From positions 372,001-436,000 of the forward strand of contig JAIVFI010000018.1 of NCBI GenBank assembly GCA_025558095.1: a DNA stretch of 64,000 nucleotides, read 5' to 3'. Shown here one piece after another: positions 21,816 through 35,611 of the stretch. Positions within the stretch are counted from its first letter, which is position 1, and the number at the start of each line of letters is the position of its first letter. The translations under genes and the position numbers were made by a program. The notes under the pieces were generated by a model. The model was not told where the DNA came from. It saw only the letters and a program-made list of their open reading frames with translations, and searched no databases. The DNA is from Hyaloraphidium curvatum SAG 235-1. Taxonomy: Eukaryota; Fungi; Monoblepharomycota.

Positions 21816-24800
21816 ATGTCGGGCGACAAGGCTGGCGGCGCTGCGCCGCTGCGGCGTCTGCAGCAGCTGTCTGCCGTCCTCGATGGCGCCAAGCAGGCGA
21901 AGCGCGCCGACGACGACGACGAGGGCGACAGCGCGGTCGCGTTCGACCAGGGCATCAACGGAGGTCGGCGCCTCGCCCGGCCCCGTCCGTGCGATCCTCA
22001 CGCCGCCCTTTGCCCGCAGCCCGCTCCGTCACCATCGGCGACGTGACCGTCGCGATCACCTCCACGCCCAACCCCGAGAGCGTGCCCGAGTACACCGAGC
22101 CGCTGTACGAGGAGTCGCAGGAGGTGCTGCGGCACCTGCGATGGATCATGCAGAAGGACCGGCTGGGCCAGGACGTCTTCCTGCTCGGGCCCCCCGGCCC
22201 CATGCGGCGGGCGCTCGGTGGGAGAGGCCGTCACATGTTCCCCCGAAAGGCCTCTGATCTGCGGCCCGTGCAGCCATGCGCTACGCCCAGCTAACCAACA
22301 GGGAGATCGAGTACGTGCCCTTGTCCAAGGACGTGACGGACGGCGACCTCAAGCAGCGGCGCGAGATCGCCGGCGGCTCCGCGTTCTACGTCGACCAGGC
22401 CTGCGTGAGGGCGGCGACCGAGGGGAGGATCCTGATCCTGGACGGCATCGAAAAGGCGGAGCGGAACGTGCTGCCCATCATCAACAACCTGCTGGAGAAC
22501 CGCGAGATGTCGCTCGGTGGGGATCTTCGGGCCGGGCGGAACGTTGGAAGTCTGATTCGACGCACCACACCGCAGAGGACGGACGGTTCCTGGTGCACCC
22601 CAAGCGCTTTGACACCCTGGCGAAAGACCACACCAAGGAGGAGATCGACAACTGGAAGGTGGGCAGGGTTGCGCCTCCTTGGGGGTCACCGCTGACGCCG
22701 CCTGTGGCCTTCGTGCGTCAGCTCGTCCGAGTGTCGGACCGCTTCTACGTCATCGCTCTGGGGCTTCCCGTGCCCCGCTACGAGGGGTACCCTCTTGATC
22801 CGCCTCTTCGGTCGCGGTTCCAGTCCCGCTCCGTCGGGCCGCCCAACTACAGCTCCCAGCTGGATCACCTCCACAAGATCGGCCCCAACGTGCCGCGCCG
22901 TACCCTGGAGAGGCTGGTTTCGCTGTCGACCGTCATCCGGACCCTTCCCAGGGAAGCCTCGGTCGTCGTTCCGGAGTACCCGCTGACGGTGGAGCGGGCG
23001 GTCAAGATCCTGGAAAAGTTCCCCGGCGCGAGGGAGCGCTGGTGCGTCGACGTCACCTACCCGTGGACTCTGCTGCCCAACTGGGAAACGGAGAAGCGCC
23101 GCGTCGTGGAGGCCGGGTTCCAGCGGTTCGGGTTCCTCGGTGACGACAAGCAGGCGATCGTCGCGGCCACCCAGGCCGAGCAGGAGCTGCCGAGGCTCGA
23201 GCCCGGCTACCGGTTCGTGGACGTGCAGAAGCTCCCTGCCGCCGCCACGGTGGACGGCAAGCGCAGGCAGTTCCAGGCGACCGTCAGGGTCCGCCCGGTC
23301 GCCGGCAATGCCGGAGGCGAGGTCACCACGACCGCGTGGGCCGGTCCCTACGCCCCGTCCAAGGCCCCCGGGTTCGTGGACACCGACTACCACAGCGCCG
23401 TCGTCACCAGCATGATCATGTGCCACGCTGCGTTCGGCGACTTTTGCGTCGTGGGCGAGAAGGGTGCGGGCAAGTCGGCTTGCATCAGGGCGTTCGCCAA
23501 GGCACTGGGCTACCGCGTCGAATTCATCCCCCTCTACAAGGACATGTCCGCCAGAGATCTGCTGCAGAGGAGGAGCACGACCCTGTCGGGAGACACGATC
23601 TGGGAGATGAGCCCGTTGGTCAAGGCCGCTCTCGACGGCTCCTTGGCTATCCTGGACTCGGCGGATGCCGTGCCCCCCGCCACGCTGTCGACCATCGCCA
23701 GGCTGATCAGCGAGCGCGAGATGCCGCTGCCGGACGGCACGTTCCTCGTCAGCCACAAGCGCTACGCCAGCCTGATGCGCAGGAACAACTGGAGCGTGCA
23801 GGACATGACCGACCGCCGCTGCTTCCCCATCCACCCCGCCTTCCGCATCGTCGCACTCGCCAGGCCCAACACCAAGTGGCTGAACGAGGAGATGGCCAGC
23901 ATGATGGGATGGGTCGTTATGCGCAACCTCAACTTCGACGAGGAGATGTTCGTCATCCACACCTTGTGCCCTGGAGCGGACGACGACAAGCTGACGTCGC
24001 TCATCAAGTTCTCCGGCAAGCTGCGGAGCGAGAAGGACGACGTCGTGCAGAACCTGTCACAGTCGCTCTCGACCCGCCAGCTGCTCCGGATCGCGCGGCG
24101 CATCTCGGCCTTCTCCAACGAGTCGCTCTTTGAGGCCATCCACAAGGTCGCACTTTCCAGGTTCTTGCCGTCGCTCGTGAAGACGGCGCTGGATCAAATG
24201 CTGGAGCAGAACGGCATCGAGCCGCCGCCGCCGGTCGAGGAGGAGGAGCGCCACGCCGTAGGTCCCGCGACCGCTACGTAGTGTCTCGCGCTCACGAGCC
24301 GGCAGCTTTCCATTCAAGTCCTGCCGTCGCCCGAGAACCCGGAGGCCCTCCGGATCGGCGACGTCGAGTTCCCGATTGCCAAGGACACGAACCCCCTCCT
24401 TATTCCGGACATCGTCTTCCACGACAACTTAAAGCAGACCGAGATCCTCCGTGAGATGCTCAAGGACTGGAAGCTTGGCGAGCACCTGCTGCTCATCGGC
24501 AACCAGGGTGTGGGCAAGAACAAGCGTAAGCTCGCGCGTTGCTGCGATGTCGTACGGAGCTCTGATTTGGTGGCCATGCCGCAGTGTCGGACAAGTTCCT
24601 GCAACTGCTCCGCTTGCCGAGGGAGTACATCCAGCTCCACAGGGACACGACCGTGCAGTCTCTGACGTCGACGCCCTCCATCGTCGACGGCGTGCTCCAG
24701 TACGAGGATTCTCCGCTCGTCAAGGCCGTGCGGGAAGGATTCATCCTGGTTGTGGACGAGGCGGACAAGGCGCCGACCCACGTCACCGCTATCCTGAAGA

Positions 24801-27800
24801 CGCTCGTTGAGGATGGGGAAATGGTTCTCAGCGACGGCCGTCGCATCGTTTCCAAGCTCCCCGAGGACTCGGAGGCGGCAGTCGGCGAGCGCGGGTCCGA
24901 GTACATCGTCGTCCATCCCATGTTCCGGATGATCGTGCTGGCCAACAGGCCTGGTTTCCCGTTCCTGGGCAACGACTTTTACCGCGAAATCGGTGACGTC
25001 TTCTCCTCGCATTCCATCGACAACCCGGATCAGGAATCGGAGCTTGCGCTTCTGCGCAAGTACGCGCCCCATGTGCCCGAAGACGTGCTCGTCAAGCTGA
25101 CAACGGCGTTCAATGACCTGCGTCGTCTCGTCGACGAGGGTCTGATTTCGTACCCGTACTCCACGCGCGAGCTGGTGAACATCGTTCGCCACTTGGAGGA
25201 GTTCCCGCGCGAGGGCTTGTCGAGGGCTGTTCGGAACGTTTTCGACTTCGACCAGTACGAGAAGGAGACGAAGGACCTCCTCATCGAGACCCTTCAGAAA
25301 AACGGCATCCCGGCGGGCATGGAGTCCGAGTTCAAGATCGAGCTCGGCATTGACATCAAGCTGTCCAACGCCGAGCCCCTTGAGCTGTGGGAGAGGAAGC
25401 CCGCGCAGGCTTCGGATAGGAAGGCTTGCGAGATTGACGCTAGGGAGATCAATGCGCGGGTGAGAGTGCCGCCTCGCACATCGTCGTGGCAGGTGTCCTA
25501 ACCTGAGGAGCTCAGGGTGGCTGGCCGATTGTCGCGCCCAAAGCTGTCGAAGATCTGGAGCGTGTCGAAAGTATGTTCCGGCCACAGCAGCCCGTCTGCT
25601 TTCGTGCTGAACGTATGCCACCAGGCCGTTCCGTTGTCTTCACCGAGCAGGTTTACAGCTTCAAGATCCCGACTCGTGGCGAGGCCCTCGATGTCATCGC
25701 AGGAGAGGACGGCACCCTGTTCATCATCACGACTTCCCCCGTGACCCTGCACGTCGTTGCGCCGGACCACAGGCGCCTCCTCGCTTCTATCGACCTCTAC
25801 GAGTACTTCCCGCTCCAGAAGGGTGTGTTCACCCGTTTGAGGAACCGGATCCGTAAGCTCACATTTGCTCTGAATAGCCTCGATGCAGCTGCGGATTGCC
25901 ATGCTTGGCTCGCACAACCTCTGCATCCACAACCCGATCGAGCACTCCTTGCTGATCCTGGACTTGCAAAGCGAGAAGATTATCTCCGTCCTTGTATGTT
26001 GCCGGCCGTCCTGGACCCTCTGACTTTTCCACTGACCAATTGCTCGTGCTCGCAGATGCCTGGTTTCGAGCCGCACCCGACGTCCTTCATGGTCAAGTCG
26101 TTGGCCAAGGACGGGATTCTTGGTGAGCATCAACAGTTTGCTTTGGCTTCATTGCCTTACACTCGTCGCAGTGTTCTACCAGGAGACCAAGAGCGTCGTT
26201 GTCGTTTTGGATTTCAACGAGAACATGCAGTACAACATCCGCCTTCCTTTCCGCGGTTAGTCTCGTGGATGCGCGCCACATTGCCCGCGAAATTATTGCT
26301 GACGACTACGCGTGCCAGTCGCCGGAGTCTCGCCCATTTCCAGGGAGCTTTGGATCGTTCAGTCCTACGACTACACGTTCGACAAGCGGCAGTCGTTCCT
26401 TCTCTCGCGCGACCCCAACAGCGAATCCTGGATCCCTGGTGTTGTTGAGACGCTCCGCACTTCCAACGCTCGCGACGAAAGCCGAGTTCCGCAAGTCCTT
26501 CACGTTTCGGAGGAGCTGCCTGGCCTCGCTGCGGACGGCAGCGATGCACGTTTCGTCGTGCTCAAGGAGTTCGATAGCTTCTGCACGACGGTCTCTGGTC
26601 TCCCCGACGCCTTCGCGACCGATGCCGGCGGGAGGGTGGAGTTGTTGTCCCACATTCGGGACCCTGCCTTCCCGTTGAGCACGAGGTTCATCAACCTACG
26701 CAATGTCTACCTTGAGCTTCAGCACACCGGCCAGCTTGCCGCTGTTGTGCCCACGGAGGTACGCTTGTTGCTTCCCGCGTTGATCGATCGGCAACCGACA
26801 TTATCGCTCGCAGGGTGGGCGCAACGAGGGTTTCCTCGAGATTGCGAACCCGCGTGAAAGGCGGCTTCGCCGGATCAAGATCCGTAAGTTCATACGCTTC
26901 CACGGGTTCGCGTCGGCCGCATCTGACGGGTTTGATTCGCCCAGCGCTGACGGTTCCCGTCACCATCGTTGATGAGAAGTGAGTTCCCTGCTCGGCTTCA
27001 ACTCTACTCCGCTGACGCCCTTTTGTAGGAACATCCCCACAAGCGCGATGTATGGACAATCGCATTTCGAGGCCCCTCGGTCGATCGTGAGCATGGTGGA
27101 GCTCGGGAACTCGGACGTCCTCACTCTCGACCTAAGCGGTGGGAATTCCGCTCGAAGTTATGGATCAAAGAAGCTCACGCTGACGGCATTTGGCAGGCGT
27201 GGCACGGGTCTGGCAAGTGAAGTACGAGAACTTGGTCCGCGACGCAAACAGCTGGAAGCGCCTCGTCGGGTCCCTGGACGAGAAAACGTTGCGCATCATC
27301 TACGGGGAGCCGGAGGGCGAGGGCGACGGTTCCGGCAAGGGCCAGGGTCGGGGCGAAGGCGAAGGTGAGGGAGAGGGATCTGGCCAGGGACAGGGTCGCG
27401 GCGAAGGCCAGGGAGAAGGAGAAGGGTCCGGAGGCGGTGGCGGTGGAGGAAGCGGTGGCGAGCGCGGGGAGGGTGACTATGAGCTGCAGGAGCGGGAATC
27501 TGGCACGATCGATCTGGAAAACTTCGCCCAGGTACGCTGCGAGAGGCCGAAACCTCGGGCTAGCTTAACCTTCGCGATCCAGCGCACCGCCGATCAGGTG
27601 CCTCCCGAGGTTTCGGAAGCCACCCGGGAGATGCACAACCTAGCGATGCGCAAGCGGTTGGAGCAACTTGATATGTCCGATGCCCAGATGGAGGTACGGC
27701 AGGCTTTGCGTCGCTTAGCCCCTTCGCTAAACCTTCTTGTTCAGGTGTACGCGCGCTACATGGGCAATGTTCAGCGCGAGATTCGGGAGCTCAGGGTGAC

Positions 27801-29005
27801 ACTGGAAGCTGTCGAGGCGAAGAACAAGGAGCGAGTCTGGCTCAAGAACCAGATTTCCGGTGACGTGGACGACACGAAACTGTGAGTCTCATGGCAGGTC
27901 GTGCGGTGCCGGATCTGACGCGTCGACAGGATCGAGGGCATCACCGGCGAACGGTCCATCTACAAGAGGCGTGGAGAAACCGACGAGATTGGCATGTTCC
28001 AGCAGAAGCCCAAGCGCATGATATTCGCATTCGGTGAGGCAATCGACGCACGACTCGTCTGCGCGGTAGACTGAAAGCCGCTGTGCTTGTCAGATCTGAG
28101 TGCATCCATGATGCGCTTCAACGGTCACGATGCACGCCTTGACCGGTAAGGCGGAAGCCTCGCTTAATTTCCCGCGGTCTCTCACAAATGCCTTCCAGGT
28201 CACTGGAAGTGGCTCTCATGATCATGGAATGTGCGTGCCTCGTCTATAGACTGTCTTCCATACAAGCTAACTCTCATCTCTAATTCAGCCTTCAAGAACT
28301 TCGAGCAGAAGTTCCAGTATGTCATCAGGGGCCACTCGGGAGATTCGGCCAGCGTCCCGTTCGTGGACCCTCCGCAATACCCGTCGAACGAGAAGGACGT
28401 CTTCCAGATCATCGCTCGTATGTCTGCGCATGCGAACTACTGCTTGAGCGGAGGTGGGTCGCAGTGGCGTGGTACCGTGCGCGGCTCTAACCGAGAACGA
28501 CACTGCAGACAACACCCTGTCGGCCGCAAGCACCGCTATCAAGGACGTGGTCAAGGAAGAAGGAGGTAGGTCCGCCTGAGCCACACAGCATGCAGATTCT
28601 GACCACCGCACCGCTCGTTCATGAAGATGACTACTTTGTTGTCGGTGCGTTTAGGACCCTGTTGTGCCCCTTATTGCTCTGACCCCGTGCTTCGTTTTCT
28701 TCGGGATTGCAGTCATCAGCGACGCCAACATTCAGCAGTACAACATCACGCCGTCTGCGATCTCCAAGGTCCTGAAGTCGGACGACCGCGTGAACGCCCA
28801 CATGATCTTCATCGGCTCGCTCGGTGGGAGCGCTGAAAAAATGCAGAAAACCATGGGCTCGGGGGCCCATGTATGCCTGGACAGCAAGGACGTGGGTTCT
28901 TCGCAGCGTTGCCGCCCAAAAGCCACATCAATGACGCACGAAACCCCGATCCAGCTGCCGCGCATCTTGAAGTCCATCTTCTTGAGCTCCATGACGAGAA
29001 TATAG
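21816..29005 (+). CDS. VWA8: von Willebrand factor A domain-containing protein 8 homolog (multi-AAA + VWA, many introns)
   Basis: LRHLRWIMQKDRLGQDVFLLGPPGP, LDGIEKAERNVLP, GEKGAGKS, LLLIGNQGVGKNK, VVDEADKAP, ANRPGFPFLGNDF, ERVWLKNQ..GDVDD.KL, SDANIQQY. Confidence 0.93.
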
Positions 29006-29037
29006 ATCGAAGGGTTGTGTCTTCTACTAGACGCCTT

Positions 29038-30389
29038 CTACATCGAGGCCCATTGGTTGCCGACCCAGCCGACGAAAGAGCCTAGCTTCAGCGCCTTGTC
29101 CGCCGCCGCGTACTCAGACCCGCTATCGCCCGCAGGCGAGCGGCTTAGAATGCCAGCAAGATCAGAGAACCGCTTTCGCAGCGCCACCCGGGAAACAGAC
29201 GACGCCGCTTTCATCTCGAGCCGCCCTTCCCGAGGAGCCTTCGACCCTCGAAGGCGCCCTTCGACCAGGACCTCCGCTTTCTGGCAACCATCCCACCAGA
29301 ATGCGCTCAGCGGCGAAGTCCTCGTGCGACCTGGAGATCGAGACCAGGGGAACGTCAACGAAGAGAAAAGGATGTGCGGGCGATTGAGACGGTAGGGTGG
29401 CGGTAGTGCTGGGGCGTGAAGATTCAAGCAAGCAGCTCTCACAAGAACGACCTTATCCATACCTACTGTCAGACCCGACAATCTGCCGACTACCGCCCTT
29501 TTCAAAGCGTTGAGGTCAACATCAGAGTCCGAGGGCCGGCCAAGCCGGCCACCAACGACGATTGTCGCCAAATAGACCGGCAGGCCGATCAGATCGGAAA
29601 GCTCGCGGCCAGCAATGCCAACAACGTTCCAGCGGGCGATTTTGTCGGAGCAGGACATCGATGCGGCTATCGTTGTGTCAGACGACATTCTCGAACGACC
29701 TTCCAGTCTATGCACCCACACGCATCAGCATCTGGCCTCCCCGGTTTCGTGCGAAGCACACCGAGGCGAGAGTAATCCATTCGTCCGCGCACGACGTTGA
29801 TGTCGGAGGGTTGTTCGTTCAGATCGTCCATTCTTGCTGCGTGGTCCCGCCGCTTGCGTTCGTTGACTTCTCGCCTTTCAGCCGTCTGACTCCTGTCCAA
29901 ATACTCCATGGACGCATCTCCACAGGGCAGCTCCGATGTGAAGAAGTGGAACCGCGCCGAGGAGTTGATCGAGACCTCTGACCCCGACTCGGTCTGTGAG
30001 ACGACGATCACGTCGTCCAGATCGCCCGCGTCCTCCTCAGCAGTCTGCCCGGTTCCGGTTCTGCTCCCCCGACTCGTTACCGCGACGGCGATCCGGCTCA
30101 TTAGCCACAGACGGAACGCGCGTCTCGCGAGTATCTCGGCGTGGCAATCGACCACCAGTTCCCCCGAGCGCAGGACGCTCCCGCTTCCCAGGCACTTCAG
30201 GCCCGCAGCCACCGCGACGCATCGCATACGGCCCGGCAAAGAAATCACGATCCCGGCAGCAATGGTCCATTCGTCGTCCGCGACCCGGGCGGTCCCGGCC
30301 AGCCGATTTTGGTACGCGTCCAGAACGCATCTCGCGACGCGGTCCGCCAGGTCCTCGTCGGGCGCAGATTCGCCGTCCTTTGAGCCCAT
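29038..30389 (-). CDS. TAD1: tRNA-specific adenosine deaminase 1 (ADAT1/Tad1)
   Basis: GLKCL, DCHAEILARRAF, PCGDASM, LRTKPGR.D, MSCSDKIARWNVVG. No dsRBD. Confidence 0.9.
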
Positions 30390-30499
30390 CGTGCGGGGCC
30401 CGACCGGCGCGTTGTCACCGTTGAAGCGTATTGGGCCGTGAGAGGTGGAGACGGGCAAACAAGTCAACGACGCTCTCACACCAACAAGTAGCGTTCCAA

Positions 30500-31529
30500 A
30501 TGGCCCTGCGCGCTCTCTCCCGGGCGGTACGGCCCATCTCGCGCTCTGCCCCGATTGCGGCATGCGCTGCCCGGCTCGGCCGGACGAACGGCGCCCTCGC
30601 GAGCGTCCTGTCGACAGGCACACCTGCTGCCTTCGCGGGCCCGCGCAGCGAGCGGCTCTTCGCGTCTTCGGCTTCTCGCCTCGCGGCCTCGAAGAGTGGG
30701 ATCGTCCCAATTTAGGAGAAACATCGCAGCTCATGCACTGCGATCCTGCAGGTGACAAGGAGCTCGCCGCGAAGCTGACCGAGGAGTACCAGTACGAGCT
30801 GGAGAACAACGAGGACGGCAACAAGCTGCCCGAGTTCCTGGAGAGCTTCAACAAGCAGGGCCTCTTCAAGGTCGGTTCCACGCCCTCATGCCCGTCGGGC
30901 GGCATCTCACCTGCTTCGCGGGCTTTCGACAGATCGAGGACAAGGCCGGCGAGAAGCAGGTCAAGCTTACCCGCACCGTTGGCAACGAGACGATCTCGGT
31001 CCTCTTTGCCACGGATTCCATGTCCGAATCTGAGTGGGAGGCGGAGGAAATCGAAGGCGACGAGGTGGGCTCGTTGCGGGGGTCCCAAACATCACCCTCT
31101 CAACCGCTGCGCAGGATCCCGCAACGTCTTTTGTCGTCCGCTGCACTGCGCATGTGACCAAGAAGGACGCGGGAACGTTGGAGTTCAGCCTGACCGTCTC
31201 CGATCGCGAGTTCCTCATCGATGCCGTCAACCTGGGTTCTGACTCGGCTCTGATGCTCGAGGACTCGGCATCCGCGGACTGGAAGCGTAGCGGACTCTAC
31301 GGGGGACCCGTTTTTGAAGAGCTGGACGACGTGAGTTCTGCTCGACCGCGGCCTGTCGGCTCTTGCTGAAGGACGCTTGCAGGACCTCCAAGCACTCTTC
31401 GCAAAGTACCTCGAGGACCGTGGATTCAACGGCGATCTGGCCGAGTTCATCGCGGCCTACATTGAATACAAGGAGCAGAATGAATACGTGCGGTGGCTGC
31501 AAGCTGTGGGCCAGTTCGTCGAGAAGTAG
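30500..31529 (+). CDS. MAM33: Mitochondrial acidic matrix glycoprotein (MAM33/C1QBP)
   Basis: Presequence, DKELAAKLTEEYQYE, YGGPVFEELDD, YLEDRG, KEQNEYVRWL. Confidence 0.9.
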
Positions 31530-31550
31530 CCGTGTTTGCACAATACATCA

Positions 31551-34500
31551 TCAGTCAGATCCCATGAGAATGCCGCCAATGCTCGAGAGAAGAGCCTTTC
31601 CCCCTTGCTCCACGAGTGAGGAAAGAACGGACATTCCAGAAGCACTCGCCGCAGTTGCCGAAGGATCTTCCGATCCTTGGCCGTAAAGATGAAGCTGCCG
31701 TCGCTGGGGCCGGGCGATCCGCGATTCCGGCTTCGGCGACAGAAGTCCAGCCGATGGCAACGCCAGACCACGCTCCCTCGCGTCAACACCCTTGTCCACA
31801 CCCAAGTCTGCACAAGGTGTCAAGTGGGAGTGTGAACGTTGCCCCTTCACCTCTTACCTGCAGCCTTCAGCCGATCAAAACTCGGGCCCTGGTTAGACAG
31901 TGGAATCACCGGCAGAAGGGTGAATCGTGAGGCCTGAGTGGAGAGGGCCACTATGTTGTGGATCTCATGCAGGGAAGGGTTGTGTTTTCTGGCAGAGAAC
32001 AATCAGCTTCCGCGCCAGGCCAGCGCCGGACTACTTACGTTTCCACGCCTCTCAAGGCAAGCACCAACAAGGGGCCAAAGAGAACCGAGGTGCGGTAAAA
32101 GAATCTCTCCACGTTGGTTCCGATGTGCCGATCAGATATGCTCAAGTCGATCGGATCGACCTTTATGACCTCGAGTCAATGCCCATCACACTGGCCAGCG
32201 CATACGCCCACCATTCGACGAACACGAGGCACAAGATCCGCGAGATGTTGCTTTGCACGAGACGAATGTTCTGCATCCATCTCCAGCTTCGCATCTCCAA
32301 GGACTTTGCTCACAAACGAGAGATCAAAGAGCAACTGGAGAGCTCCTTTGTCCGAGATCGCGTCGGCAAAATCCGAAACAAAGCGTGCGAATGTCGCTTC
32401 AAATGATCGCGACAGAGATGAAAGCAGCCGTTGAAGTGTGCTCTGCAGCACCAGTCGTCAGACAAGGGAAGGGTCACGTCGAATTGTTCTCACCTTTTCC
32501 AGCAGATGGCCCCCGATACGATTCATATCTTGGCATACGCGGAAGAACACGTCCACAATCGGGGCGGAGGCTTGTACAGGGAGGCTAATGGACTCTTCGG
32601 CTGGAGCTCCGTCGAGATCCTCGGCCTTCACGGCAACGGCTGCAAGACATGGTCAGGTTGAGCCGCTTCGTCGTGGCATGAAAAGGACCCACGTTCCCAG
32701 ACTTCCTTGAAACCCAATGCTTGGTCCCAGTCCTCCGAACGAAGCCCTTCGTCTAGCCACTCCCCAGCCTGCCGTGCAACCATCGACAACCACGGCAGAT
32801 ATGACCGCTCTCCGATCGCAAGGAAAGCTTCCCGCACTCCAGCAAAGCGAGGATCTTTTGAGAGATCATGTTTAAGACCACGCATTGGCCGACAGTGGGT
32901 CTGCCGCTCACCAGACTCCAGCTTCCGGTCGACGGAACGCTGCGCCTTGGACTGTCCTTTGGCAAAGTCTGAATCCGGCGCAGAGAGCGCAAGGAACAAT
33001 CCTCGGCAGCGCAGAAGGATAGCACGTGCTATTCTGCCGACCAAAAGGCATTGATCGACGGCTGGTGCTGAATTCACGTAAGCGCCAATCATGCGAGCAT
33101 GCCAGGCATTGCTACCTGAAAGCACGGACTCTTCCGCCTCATGAACATCGTGGTACCGTCGCAGCAAACTGTCCAGCCCTGATGCATACTCCATGAGCGC
33201 CGCGACTCCAGACTCGCTGAAGGTGTTGCGCAGTACAAGGCCATCCCTTGCGCACACAGTTGAGGCTACAAAAGGAACCAGATAACGCGTGTGACACCCA
33301 CTGCTCCAGATGAAGATTGCCTTGCTCCAAAGGCGATGGTACTGAATCGACCGGTACTCCTCCTTTGTCCTTCAAAAGCACCTCAACGTCTTCCTGGATG
33401 TTCCGGATAGTTCGTTCAAAGGAAGATGAGATTTCCGACACCGTCATTGTCCACGGAGACATGCTCCGAGTCTGAAGGCTCGCAGCATCGGGACCAAACT
33501 TGTCTTGGCCTGCATGTCGGGTTAAGCCGAAGCGCCTATTCATTCGGTGGTCAAAGAACGCACCTGACGGGGATGTTCGGAAGCGCTCCACGAATGGGGC
33601 GACAACGGCCTCGGGTTGCTGTGCTAGTTCCTTGAAAGCTTGCCTGATTATGTCTTTGGCTCGCTCGACGAAAGGTTCTTGCATTATTGAAGCCCAAAGC
33701 GAAACTGGCCGACCCAAGAGCGCCCGGCAGATCTTCCCAAATGGCCACTCAATAACGTGACCAGTCGAGCCCCACCCACCTGGCCTCACCTCTGCCCACG
33801 GAGAATTGGAGGTAAGGTGACCATGATCTGCTTCGCCAGTTGAAACGGCGCCACCTTGTCTGGTCCTGCCGGATCCCTTTTGGACGCTCGACTCTTCCCG
33901 AGCGACATCCGCCATCAAGGCCCTCCGAGTTGCCCAAAGATGCTGCCCCGACGAGATGCTTCGCAAGACTTGGCGCATCCCCGTCCTCGCCAGGTCCGTC
34001 GTCTCGTGCATCCAGACCGCGGCCTCCTCGGCGAGGTCGCTAGGCGCGAAAATCAAGTCGTCCCCAGCCGCCGTTTGCTCCCGCAGGTTTGGAGGCAGAT
34101 GGCGTGCCATGATATGCACATTCGTCCTTTCCGAGTAGAGACCTGCCAGCCACCCCGACTGCACATCATCCGTCGCTGTCGAACCACTTTTCGCGGGAGC
34201 GAGGGCTGACGACGGTGCTGGCCCCCCAGCATCGGCGAGAGAGGCAAGTGTGGTTTCCAGCAGTGATTTGGAGTTTGGGGTAGCTCCAAAGACACCCCAA
34301 GCATGTCTCACAGTCACGAAAAGGAGGTTTGCGACCTCCGCAAGGAACTCCGCGACGTTCGTCGATCCAGCGTCGAAGGAACTGAAGAGCTCCTGCATTG
34401 CAGCTCTACGCATGTCAAAGAACGCAGCAATGGCCTGCTTGATCGAGATCCGCTCCAGAAGAATCATCGCACAGATGGAGTTTGCTATCGCCTGGCGACG

Positions 34501-35497
34501 AGAAAAGGAGTCGGCCAAAGTGCTGTCATTACGAACACTAGGCAGCGTACCTGATCCGACTGGTGCACGAACTTCAAGTTTTGCCGAGTTTTCTGCATGA
34601 TCTGCGACTGGAATCTGCTTACGGCGTCCCATTGTCGTCGGGCAACCGGAAAGGTGTCCTGCACGCGGGAGTGATTGATCGGGAAGTCAGGCCATTACCT
34701 CGTCGCCAACAACTGCCCGCTCACCAATGTGTGCACCGACGAGGAATCTCTCATCGTTTGCAGACTCCGAAAGACGTGCTTTGCGACGAGGTAGAGCTGC
34801 GCTGCCTGCAAATAGTGGGTCCGCTCAAGGTTGTACCAAATCTGGCGAGATTCAATTGAGAACGAAACCAGATGCTTTGCGGCCTACGCAGACCTGCTCG
34901 GGGGTGTCCACCAAGAGCTTTATCTGCGCGGCGACTCTGTGGACCATCGCGTCTCGGTCTACGGCGGAGGGTTTCAGAGCGTTGCCCGTAAAACAGTGCC
35001 TCCTAGAGAGTACCTGCAGAAGCAGCATCTCCGCCGGCTTCAGCTCCGGAACCCGGGCGCTTCAGAAGAGCGATGTTGCACCGCTCCTGCAGTTCCGAGA
35101 ACATCCCCTCGATCGCCTGGGCCCCACTGCGCATAGCCATGATAGAATCCGCGGCATCAATAAGCTCTCGATAGCGCTCCCTGTTCCGGAATGAGGTCCC
35201 ATGGCTCAGAGATCCCAAAGTTCGTGGGAGAGGCAACGCGACCCCACCCGACCATGACCCGGAGGTCCTGTTTCTTCGCCTCTATGTCATTCCTGGAGGG
35301 CAATGAGTCCACCTCTCTGGCATTGCTTACGTGTCTCCCACTTTATGACGTGATCCTGCCCCCGAATCGCCGCCACATTGAACCTGGCGGGGCAGGTGTT
35401 GGTCCAGTAGGTCCAGCGCGCCCAGCACTCGGTAGCACCTCCGAAACAAGGAATCGGCCTCGGAGGCTGCCGAGCCTAACTTCGCAAGGCTCGCCAT
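31551..35497 (-). CDS. COG1: Conserved oligomeric Golgi complex subunit 1 (Vps51/Cog1 N-terminal domain, multi-exon)
   Basis: IEAKKQDLRVMVG|NRYRELIDAADSI, LLVDTPEQIW, long helical body, GALQLLFDLSF near the C-terminus. Confidence 0.8.
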
Positions 35498-35611
35498 CCC
35501 GCTTCCCGGGCGCGTACGACGCGCGACGTCGTCGCGACTTGTGGACAGTGCTGTCGGCGGCCGCGACACCGCGATCCCCAGCAGTTTTCGCACGCACCGA
35601 GCTAGGCCTCA

